NCBI RefSeq assembly: GCF_963921235.1
Contig: NC_086108.1
Coordinates: 74,278,001-74,342,000 of the forward strand
Source: Mobula hypostoma
Taxonomy: Eukaryota
DNA: 64,000 bases
Direction of reading: 5' to 3'
The notes under the pieces were generated by a model. The model searched no databases. It saw nothing but the letters and a program-made list of their open reading frames with translations, and had not been told where the DNA came from. Positions 38,243 through 48,941 of this stretch are shown here, piece by piece; the first letter of the stretch is position 1; every line of letters starts with the position of its first letter. Position numbers and translations under genes: made by a program.

Positions 38243-38398
38243 ACTCCTTCAAGCACCACTCCTCCTATCGAGATGAATACGAGTCGACTAATAAAAATGA
38301 CTCGTGTGAAGACTGACAAGAAGAGCGAGTTTCTGAAAGGATTAAAAGATGACCGGAATGGTGAAATCTCAGAACACAGAGATTTCAACAAATTAGAA
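38243..38398 (+). CDS. GPBP1L1: GPBP1L1 coding exon 7
   Basis: tttccag|TPSSTTPPIEMNTSRLIKMTRVKTDKKSEFLKGLKDDRNGEISEHRDFNKLE|gttagt; 156 nt. Confidence 0.93.
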
Positions 38399-41146
38399 GT
38401 TAGTGAAATAACAGATTTTCATTTAATATGTAGTATTTGTTGGGACAACCTGGCTTGGGATCGAGTAGGTAATGGAGTTTTCTGGTCCCACAACCTTGCC
38501 TGTTTCCAGCACTCTTAGCCATTACTTAAGGTCATGTGAAGGAACTCGCCTGGCCAAAGTTTGGCTGCTGTGATAGTGGGGGTCATGATGTATCACAGGT
38601 TTGGTACTTTTGGCTGAAAGTGGTCAATATATTTATTGCCTCCATCATTCAGACCAAGATGAGGTAGAATAGCAGAGCTTCAGCCATACCTCGTCATGCT
38701 GATATTGCTTGACTCTGGATTTGGATGCTACTGTACATACCATGCTGCAGTGCAACTTCCCTGAACTGGCACTTCACGGCATACCTCAGTGAATTGGAGT
38801 TGATCCCTGGTTTCATGATAGTGGATGAGTGATGGATATGCAGGTTATTTAGGTGACCATGTGTATTGATGCTGATTTATCTCAATGCTCAGTTATCAGA
38901 TGGTAGATCTGTTGTAATTCTATTCCATTTGATGCAGTTGTAGTGCAGTACACCATGAAGGAGGGTACAGATAGCATCTAAAGCTTGTGCACTGGTTACT
39001 TTCAGTGATTTTGTGGGCAGGAACATGGGCCGTAGGTGGTTTGTGAGGACTCCTTGTCTTATTTCACTCACTGTATGTTACAGACTTAGTCTGGCATTGG
39101 TATCCATCGGGACACAGCCAGCCAAGGCAATGGTAATGCTACCAAGCCACTCTCATAAGCCATAATGTTCCCCACTCCTTGTACATTCTGTAACAATTAG
39201 AATATGCAGTGGTGCTCCTAAGTTTTGCTGATCGTGGAGTAGTATTGATTTATTAATGAGGGAAGATCTTAGATGGTAATCAGAAAGTTTCCTTGCTAAT
39301 ATTTCTGATGCCATGAGGTGGTGCAAAAAAGATGCACAATGATATTGTCTGAACTGGAGGGAGAAATTGGATAAGCTTGGTCTTATTTTCCTGGTGTGAA
39401 GGAGAGTGAGAAGGGATGTGTTAAGGGTGCATAACATTATGAGGGGCATAGATGGGATGGAAGGTCAGTATCTTTCCCATAGCAAGGATGTCTGAAATTA
39501 GAGGGCAAAGATGTAAGCTGCGAGGGAAGATATTTAAAGGAGATATGGGAGGTAAATTCTTTGCACGAAGTGTAATTGGTATCTGGAATGAACTGTGAAA
39601 GGAAGTGTTAAAGGTAGAAAAGGCAACAACATTTGAGGCATCTTAACAGGTGAATTATTTGGGGGTAGAGAGTTAATGCAAACAAATTAGATTAATATAG
39701 ATGGGCATGAAATTTGGCACAGTTGTGGTAGGCAGAACTGTTTCTATGCAATATAACTCTATGGATTGGTTTTTGGAGTGTGGCAAGGGCTAGTGTCTCC
39801 TGTCTGCATACCTAGTAAGGGGATCTGTGGTGGAGTGGATTGGCACCTTGAATGAAAGGTATAATTCTGTGATTGTGTCCACTGTTGTTTGATTATTCCT
39901 TGAGACTGCTTGCAATTTGGGCATGAGGCCCCAGATGATGGTGAAGAGGACTTTGCAACATAGGTAGACCAGGGACAACTTTGGTATTTCTAAATTAGGA
40001 GTCTAGGTCGATTAAAACATTTTTTTTTGTTTGAAGTTAGCAGTGCAGTACAGTTGAGTGACTTGCAAGTCCATTTCAGAGGGGGTTTAGTTTTAGCCCT
40101 ACTATTTGTTCTGGCATCATATGTAGTACCTATGAGATTAAGATGCTAGGATGTAGATCATTAGCAAACCATATGGATCTCTACAACAGCATAGCAGTTT
40201 TTGTAGTTGTTACTAACTGCTTGTTTTCTTCCCAAATTCTAGAGAATTAAATGTATTTAAGTTCTACAGCTGGCATAATGAGATATGAATTTGGGTTCCT
40301 AGATTTTTAGTCCATGTCTCTAGGTTATTCATCTGGATTATAGAACCATATAAATATCATCTTAAGGTAATATATTTTTATATTTAGATCCCAACTCAAA
40401 TTCCTGTCTAGTGACAAACTATTGGGAATCCTCACCTGGAGGTAAATGGGGAAAATCTGTTAACTTCGGCTTGAAGTCAAGCATTTAATGAGATTTGTAA
40501 AGTTTGAAGAGCAGAAGTAATGATCTTGAAGAACCTTTCAGTAACATTGGAAGTCATATTCCCCCATGACTTGATATAGAACTATCAATACTGAAGTTGT
40601 TGATGATTTTTCAGCTGTCACAAATATTCAATTTCAGTTTCTATTGATGTTATTGTGTTTATGTCTAAAGTTCCCAGACAAAGAATTAAACTATCTGCCC
40701 AAGTGCATATCACTGAAGAATAATGAAGAAAATATGCTTCCCTTTAATTTGTCACAACATAGAACTTACGCTTCTGCTCACATTTTTAACAGTCCTTTTT
40801 AATGTATTATTTTCTGCTATCAAGGTAATTGGGATACTTGTATAATTCTCTGTGCTTTTTAAAATCAGAAACAAAAATACTTTAAAGAAAAAATGTTAGA
40901 AATAGCCTACAATTCAGACAACATATGTAGAGAGGAAAAAAGCAGCTAACATCATCCTGATGAAGTATCATACATACAGTAGTTGTTGCATGTTGATTTC
41001 CATGTACTTATCAAAATGTTACCCCTTTTTCAAAAAATTGAAATAAATTGTAATTGAAGCACTAACTTCTAAAATCAATATTTCAAAGCAACCATTTTGC
41101 AATAGCACATTATTTACTTTAACTTTTTTTTAACCCCATCCTGTAG

Positions 41147-41268
41147 GACTGTGTTCATGATATTCCAGAGCACCAGGAAAATGGAAAAGCAAATGGTCAT
41201 CAGCATAATCTCTCCTTCTTTGGTCCAGAAAAAAACTACCTTTCCAGTTCTCTTGAAGCAGAACATAG
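41147..41268 (+). CDS. GPBP1L1: GPBP1L1 coding exon 8
   Basis: cctgtag|DCVHDIPEHQENGKANGHQHNLSFFGPEKNYLSSSLEAEH+AG|gtatga; 122 nt; LSSSLEAEHR begins the vasculin domain. Confidence 0.93.
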
Positions 41269-41777
41269 GTATGAATATTTAGTTGTTTGTGAGACTTATA
41301 ATAAAATAATTTAAGTTTTTTCATCACACTGGATGGTACTTTTAGATTAAGATTTGTTAGAGAATGTTGGATCTCTGACAGTCAACAGAGTGAGAGACGA
41401 TTCTTTGAAGAATTGAATACAAGGAGCTTTGTTGAGTATAGGTTGACAGTGGACAGTTGTTTTTAATTTCAAGTGACTTAACACAAAATGCATGCTCTTT
41501 CAGAAAGGATTGTGATCCAGATGAAGGAGCTCTATGTCACTCATGCCCAGGAGAGATGATCTTACTCAAAGCACTTCAACTGGATGAAGCATTATCTCCA
41601 CATCTGTCACATGATGTTCACAAGACTTTTGTATGTTTGAAAGAGATCAACTCATTCTGTCAATTCTTTGTCAACTCCTACCTTTGCCAAGGGTTGGCTT
41701 CTCAAATGTGGGGAATAGTCAATGTTTTTGAGGATCTCCAGTCATCAGAAGGCAAAGTGGTGCATTGATGGCAGGGT

Positions 41778-42000
41778 TTATTTATTTAGATATAAAGCAC
41801 AGAATATGCCCTTCTGGCCTTTCGAGCTATACCCTGAGCAACTCACTGATTTAACCCTATACTAATCATGGGAGAATTTGCATTGACCAGTTAACCGACT
41901 AACCTTTGGACCGTGGGAGGAAACCAGAGGAAACCCAAGCATTCCATGGGGAGGATGCACAAACTCCTTACAGAGGACACTGGGATTGAGCTCCGATCTC
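41778..42000 (-). mobile_element. V-SINE (HE1-like) fragment
   Basis: tttggaccgtgggaggaaaccagagg...aaactccttacaga V-domain pattern; (ttta)n tail; homologous to 54025-54306. Confidence 0.7.
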
Positions 42001-42354
42001 TTGTTTTCCTTTAAACGCTGGAATTAAACCTGTTTTCATATAACCATTAATGAAGGTTTCATTTGTCCTTGACAAATATGCTTAACACCAACTCCGGGAA
42101 ATCCATCTTGATGTAAGTCAGGTGGAGCCCACTTGAAGTTTACAGTGTTTCTCTTGGATGAGCCCATGCAAGTAAAGTCGATTTCAACTGTACAGCTGTC
42201 CACTGAACTTTGAGAAGTAGGGTTGGTGCTCAAGATCAGCATGAGATCCTAACAGTTGAAAATCTATGTACATCGGTGGAGCACTTCCAGGCAATGATAA
42301 TAGCTGTAGTATGAAGGTCCCTTTGTAAACTTCTGAACTTGAATTTTTACACAG

Positions 42355-42457
42355 ATTATTGAAAGCAATGGGTTGGCAAGAGAGCCCTGAGAATGATGAT
42401 AACTTCTCACCTCTGACTGAAGATGAGCTCAGGGAGTTTCAGGCTAAAATTGAGCAG
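42355..42457 (+). CDS. GPBP1L1: GPBP1L1 coding exon 9
   Basis: tttacacag|(R)LLKAMGWQESPENDDNFSPLTEDELREFQAKIEQ|gtgtgt; 103 nt. Confidence 0.96.
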
Positions 42458-42737
42458 GTGTGTGTTACATCATTTAAAAAATGCTATTTCATTGAATAGT
42501 TTTTTGTTTAAATGCAAGATTAATTGTGTTTTGTTGGTCAACCAGTAATATCATGAGCTTGAGCTCAACAGTCCCATATTTGATCTTCGAATCTTTTCTG
42601 TCCTTCATATAACAGCATGTTTCTGTTTATATATTCTGTGTATTCATTAATTACCAGTGCCGTTTTCAAATCAGAATATAGGTTATATTTGACTACTTAA
42701 ATATAGAAAGTATGTTCTCCAGGACTGCATGGAGTTT

Positions 42738-43620
42738 AAGAACATAAGCAGAAGTAGACTATCTGGCAGATGTGGCAATCGACTCTGTTCCACCTACCTG
42801 CCTTTTCCCCATAACCCTTAATCCTCCTGCTATGCAGCAATCTATCAGTGTCTTAAGTATATTTAATGTGGCAACCTCTACTGCCTCTATGGGGAGAGAA
42901 TTCCAAAGATTCGCACCTCTCTGAGAAAAACAGTTTCTCCTCATTTCCATCCTAAATCTGTTCCCCAGAATCTTGAGGCTATTTTCCCTAGTTCTAGTCT
43001 CACTTATCAGTGGAAACAACTTTCCTGTCTCAATATTATATACCCCTTCCGTAATTTTATGTTTCTGTAAGATCCCCTCTCTGAATTCCAGCAGTTTTCC
43101 CAGGCTACTTAATCTCTTTCAGGTTAAATCACTCATCTTCAGAATCAACCTGGTGAACCGCCTTCAAAGCCAGTATATCTTTCCTCACGCAAGGAGCCCA
43201 GAACTGCACTCAGTACTTAAGGTGTGGCTTCAGCCATATCCTGTGAAGTTGCAGCATGACCTCCCTACTTTTAAAATCAATCCCTCTCACAATGAAGGCC
43301 AATATTTAATTTGCTTTCTTTAAAGCCTGTTGCATCTGCAAACCAACATTTTGCAATCCATGCACAAACACTCGTAAGTCTCTGCACAACAGCATGCTAC
43401 ACTCTTTCACCATTTACATAGTAATCTGATCTTATTTTTTCCTTCCAAAGTGGATGACCTTGCATTTACCAACGTTGTACTCCACATGCCAGGTGCTTGC
43501 CCACTCACTTAATCTATCTATATCTTTCTGTAGACTCTCTGCATCCTCTGTACATTTTGCTTTTCGATTCAATTTAATGCCATCAACAATCTTCAATGCA
43601 CTTCACTCAGCCTCCACTTC
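42738..43620 (-). mobile_element. CR1 LINE 3' fragment
   Basis: RRNCFSQRGANLWNSLP in ORF 42759-43019; CR1 tail at about 42738. Confidence 0.85.
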
Positions 43621-44850
43621 CAAAATGTTTGAAGAAAATTGAAGCCAACTCTAAATATGAATGGCCATAATAAAAGAACTGCTGAATCAGAGGTTAACTT
43701 TAAGCAAACGGAAGGATTTGCGAGAAGTGTTATGATTGGAACATCATCTGAATAAAAAATAAAGTAACATTGTTCCAGTTTGGTTCAATAAAAAGTGGTC
43801 ATGTAAGTTAGAATGGTGTTGAAGTCCCTTTTCAGGAGTTGAAGGCTTTACGTTGTGCATTGTTACATGTGTATTGTTTCAATATGCTACATTAAATTGA
43901 TATTTGCCTGTTCAATTGGATGTGAAATACCAAGAGATTAACTTGGTATATTCTGATCAAATGAAATTTGCTCTGTATTTTAATGAAATCTTAAGATTGT
44001 TTTTTTTTAGTGTGAGTTACTCAAATAATTTTTCAGTAACCTCCTTGTTATAACTATCTAGACCAGCACTTGAATTGCCATGTCATTCAAGTCTGCTAGG
44101 CAAGTGTTGAAAATAAAATTTCATGGATATAAATTCTATAGAGTCACAGAGTCGTGCACAAACAGACCCTTTAGTTCATGGGCTTTATTTAGTTCATGGA
44201 ATTTATATCCATGAAATTTATATTCTATACATGTTCAAACAGTATTAGTGTTTTGGTTAAATTCCTTCAAGATTATTTCTCATATTTTAATTCTGGCCAT
44301 GTGCCAAATGATTTATTCCAACCATTTCAGTCCATTCAAGAAAGTATGACATGTAGTGTAGAACTGTTGAAAACAGATTTTGATCCTACACATCACTTGG
44401 ATAAAGATCTCCTCTCCATCTTTTTGTCTCCTCTCCCACTTTCTTCTCCTCGCCCCACCCACCTTTCTCCTCGGTCTTCCTCATCATCATCTTTGTCCTT
44501 CAGCCCAATTATGAGCAACATTTTTTTATTTTGATAAATGAGGTTTGATCATGCTTCCTTTAAAGTTGATAAGAAAACGAAAGCAATTGCATTCATTTTC
44601 ACAGGTTAAGTGTTTGTATTCACTTTTATAGAACCCATCAACACTACATTATTCTTTATTTTGCACTATTTATTTATTTTGTGATTACTGGTAAGTTTAT
44701 GTCTTTGCACTATACTGCTGCTGCACAACAACAAGTTCAGGTCACATAAAAGCAGTGATGATAAATCTGATTAACAACTGAACATTTTTTTAAAATCACA
44801 TCTTGTATGAAGATTGGCAAATGCAAAGTTATTTAATTGTTCTTTTGCAG

Positions 44851-45006
44851 CTGAAGAAAAATGGCTTTAGGAAGAATGGTTTTCAGTTGAAGAGCCCATG
44901 TACAGCTTTACATTTTTCCCAATGGAGAGGCACTTTCAGTCCGGGGCTTCCTGAAGACTCAGATTCTGAAACTAGCAGTAGTACCAATTCTGATGATGAT
45001 GCCTAA
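44851..45006 (+). CDS. GPBP1L1: GPBP1L1 coding exon 10 (terminal, TAA stop)
   Basis: tcttttgcag|LKKNGFRKNG...EDSDSETSSSTNSDDDA*; the ten exons sum to 1428 nt = 475 aa in one frame. Confidence 0.96.
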   Translation: MKKNGFRKNGFQLKSPCTALHFSQWRGTFSPGLPEDSDSETSSSTNSDDDA

Positions 45007-45672
45007 ACTTGGTACAAATGGAATTCACGATATATGTTTTCTTATAGCTGAAGGACTAAACTTACTAAAGCTCTTTTGGCACAGAGTTATATTTTTCCAT
45101 GCACAAAGGGAGGTGATCATATCCCAAAGAAGAGAATTTGCTTGTCAAGCTTTTTTTCTTTTTCCTTTGATCCGCTGGTCCTGTCGAATGCTTCGTAGAA
45201 TGAAATATGTCAATAAAGAAGAAAGTGGGCAAAGCACATAACAAGTAATCATTTGCAAGGAAAAAAATGAGTATTTTTTCAAAAGCTTGGAAAAAAAATT
45301 TGCAGACAATTAGTAGGAATAGCAATGTGATAGAACAAGCAGTATAAGAGACAAATCCATAATATTGATGATAAATTGTCAAAAATAATGCTAACTACAT
45401 ATGTTTTTCAATGTTGTGACATTTTGGAAAGTTGAAACAAACTTTGTCACCAGAGGTTTATCTCCATTTCTTTGGTACAGTTGTAAAATATTCACAATAG
45501 GATCTTTTAAGTTCTTCAAACAGCCTTGATATTCAGGGTGGAATGTAAAATATAAATTTTGTGAAATTTCAAAGATTAAGATTATTTTGATAACGTTATT
45601 TACAAATTTAAAAAAGTGGCTATCACATATGAATATCTGTATGAGAAAAACTACTGCATTAAAATAACTTGG

Positions 45673-45678
45673 AATAAA
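45673..45678 (+). terminator. GPBP1L1: Probable GPBP1L1 polyadenylation signal (alternative AATAAA at 46672-46677)
   Basis: AATAAA about 670 nt after the stop, followed by GT-rich sequence (tggtttgtgttt). Confidence 0.5.
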
Positions 45679-46800
45679 TATTTTGCATCAGTTTGCCAAA
45701 ATGGTTTGTGTTTAACAATTTTATTGAGATATTTCTTTAAGTTGCTGTATAACTAAATGCTTTTGGATTAAATCATCGACAATGAAAATCAATTAAGCGT
45801 ATGCTGGTATTGAGCTGGAATGCATTACATGATCCAACAGAAGCATTCAGTACACGAGTTCCAAAATTACTGTCTATCGATAAAATTTCAAGAAGCCTGT
45901 AATTGTTATTAAGGTTCATATCCATTGAGTGTTTCTTGAAAGTTATAAAATATCAAGTTTGTTTTAAGTAATTTTAAATATTTCTTTAACTCTGGATGGT
46001 TATTTGATTGTTATCTTGGAATTTGGTGAATGCATTTGCAGCTTATCCCACAAAGATAATTGCTTTCTGAGAATCAGCAAAATCCTTGTGATGATCATTT
46101 TCCTTTCGTAAAAGATTGGAAATTTCAGATTTATTGACCCCCCCCCCCCCCACAGCTACCATGTGAAATTCTGAATGGAATTGTTCTGTGCCACTGCTGG
46201 TTTCATCCTTCTCATTTATGAAGGTGATTAAAGGAGGATTACTCTCAAAGAAACCTTGAGTTGGTGTGTCCACAAATTTTGCATGGTCTGTGTGTTGCAT
46301 TCTGGGTGGCATTGGTATGTTATCACTGCTGTGGTATTGAAAAAAGCACTTTTTTTCCAGTAATGATATGAAATGGGAATAAAATTCCTGCTCACATTGA
46401 TTGTCATGACATCATTAAAGCAAAACTTAATATTCTGTTTTATACCTGGAGAAGCTAAGAAGAAAGTCAAGTGCAGCAAATTAAGATCAAGTAGGTTGAC
46501 TTCTAAATGCTGAAGTCAATAATTATTTACAACAGACTTATGATGGACTCAATTTGTGTAACTAACAGAACAAATACAGCATTAGTTCAATTGATTTCAA
46601 AGCCTTTTTGATGCCATATTAAATTCTTAAAGAAATATTAGTGGGTATTTCTAAATATGAGTGCAAAAGTTAATAAATTGATTCACTTAATGTCACCTTT
46701 GCTTTCTTGTTAATGTGGTAATGTAGTTCGTGCAATTAAGTAGGATTATGGCAGTCATGCTTGCAAAGACTGCCAATTCTAAATGCCTCGCCCTCCTGGA

Positions 46801-46813
46801 GTATCTTAGCAAC
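46801..46813 (+). promoter_or_regulatory. Candidate RFX X-box upstream of CCDC17
   Basis: GTATCTTAGCAAC: well-formed AGCAAC half-site and imperfect GTATCT half-site, about 600 bp upstream of the CCDC17 ATG. Confidence 0.35.
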
Positions 46814-47399
46814 AATAATCTTTATACCAAACAAAACGCCGCTCTGAAATGCTGTCCTTAATGACTATATCTTGAAAGAAATAGGAAAAATTGCTTCAAA
46901 ATACAGGAGAAACAGGTTTGTTGCAATGGGATGATGGGGTTGGTGGGCAGTGAAGGTGTTCTGTGCATTTTGCTTCAGTTTTGTACAATATGCTGGTAGT
47001 TGGGGTTTTTGTTGAGTTGATGTTGTCAAGTGAACATCTGAATGCAAATGATTTAAAACAGCACCTTTTGAATTTGCTATAGAAACAATTAGTACCAAGT
47101 TCTGTGCCAGTCATTGACTTTGCAGTTAATTATTATGACTGTTTTGTGTTGGAAAGAAAAACAACAATGCAAATTTAATTTCCCAGATTACTTGAAATAA
47201 GTGAAGACAAAGATCAGAAATGATATTGGGGTAGTTTTATTCTCTGAATCCTACAAAAAAAAACTTTTGATTACCTATTGGTACAATGTTTTGTTATTTC
47301 TGTAGAAAGGTTGAAAACTTATCTGGTCACATAGATTTGTGAGTTGGAGTTCTACCAAACTTTTGCCTTAAAGTAATTGAGGAAGATTTGTACCTCAGA

Positions 47400-47615
47400 A
47401 TGGTCGATTCAGGGAATTTCCATTGCCACAATTGTAACATGAACTTCAGATCCTTGGGACTATTGGAGAAGCACAAGGACAAATTTTGTATTGGCAGTTG
47501 TGCTGAAGATTCGTTCTTGTTAAATGAAAATCCAAGAAACAGGCTGCCTGGAAAGCATGGAAACAAAATTAGCAGAATAAATGAAACAAGAAAAATAAAC
47601 ACTCCAAATCATATG
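47400..47615 (+). CDS. CCDC17: CCDC17 first coding exon (N-terminal C-x2-C-x12-H-x4-C zinc-finger-like motif)
   Basis: MVDSGNFHCHNCNMNFRSLGLLEKHKDKFCIGS resembles the CCDC17 N-terminus (C..C.M.FRS..LL..H...FCIG); donor ATG|gtaagg at 47616; candidate acceptor tgtag at 47305; same neighbour as human GPBP1L1. Confidence 0.85.
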
Positions 47616-48271
47616 GTAAGGCAAACCATGTTTTAATATGTACATTTTTATTATATTTAAAACTATTTTGCAGTGTTTTGTATTTTTAATCCCCAAGAAT
47701 TAGATAGTTGCAGGTGCTTATTTTCTTTGGTATTCTAGCTTATCCTCACCTCCCATACCGTAGATTTGTTGTGTAAATCTTGTCTCTTTTCCGTGTGGTG
47801 CTGCTTTCTTCATTTCTTTATAAGGTGGTGGACTGTGAGCAGAAAGATCTATTACAGTCAAAGCTCTTCATAATCGTAATAAGGAGTGTAAAGGGAGACA
47901 TCTTATACCTCTTAATTCATCCATTTTGAAAGCCAATTATAAATTATCTTGCAGTGAATTACTCCTGTAAAAATTTGCACACTGTTCAAATTTTTGGATT
48001 ATAGTGGCTTTCGGTAAGCCCTTAAACAATGTGCTGTTTATGAAATGGTACTGTCTCTCACAGTTCTGTACTTGTGGGCATGGTATTTTTTTTAATGTGT
48101 CATGAATTCCTTTATTCTGTTTCCATTTCCAGTGCATTAATGGAAATGTTATGCTATTCCTTTGTGTGCTAGGGATTAATAGAATTTAGTTGCTCGTTAA
48201 AGTTCATTCAGTTTCAATTGATGTCCGTCCCTAGAAGAATGTTCTTTCTGGACTGGTAGCTAAATATATGA

Positions 48272-48940
48272 TACACCTACGCTTTGTCCGCCAGAGGAAG
48301 CAGGATCTCCCAGTGGCTACGCATTTTAATTCCATGTCCCATTCCCATCTACTGTTGAGGTGAAGCCACACTCAGTTTGGAGGAACAACACTTTATATTC
48401 CACGAGGAAATCTGCAGATGCCGGAACTTCGAGCAACACACATAAAAGTTGCTGGTGAATGCAGCAGGCCAGGCATCTATAGGAAGAGGTACAGTGGACG
48501 TTTTGGGTCGAGACCCTTCGTGTTAGTCCTGACGAAGGGTCCCGGCCTGAAATGTCGACTGTACCTCTTCCTATAGATGCTGCCTGGCCTGCTGCGTTCA
48601 CCAGCAACTTCTATGTGTGTACATTATATTCCATCTGGGTAGCCTCCAACCTGATGGCATGAACATTGATTTCTCTAATTTCTGTTAATGCCCCTCCTCC
48701 TCTTCTTACCCCATCCCTTATTTATTTATCCCCCTCCCCCTCCCCAATACTCACCTGCTCTCCATCTTCCTCTGGTGCTCCCCTCCCCCTTTCTTTCTTC
48801 CAAGCCCTTCAGTCCCATGATACTCCCCCTTCTCCAGCCTTGTATCCCTTTTGCCAATCAACTTCCTAGCTCTTGGCTTCATCCCTCCCCCTCCTGTCTT
48901 CTCCTATCATTTTGGGTCTCCCCCTTCCTCTTCCACTTTC
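48272..48940 (+). mobile_element. PLE 3' fragment hosting a nested palindromic mini-element (48403-48620)
   Basis: HLRFVRQRKQDLPVATHFNS...LEEQH..FHLGSLQPDGMNIDFSNF followed by a CT tract. Confidence 0.85.
48525..48560 (+). ncRNA. Minimal type I hammerhead ribozyme motif (PLE-associated)
   Basis: Stem I AGTC/GACT; core CTGACGA(+A); stem II GGGT-CCCG-GCCT; GAAA; minimal stem III A-TG-T; cleavage triplet GTC (cut 3' of 48556). Confidence 0.8.
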
Positions 48941-48941
48941 A

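Noticed and set aside
42457..47314. GPBP1L1-CCDC17 read-through fusion protein via exon 9 donor to acceptor 47305
   Set aside because: The spliced frame reads AAA GGT TGA and stops at once.
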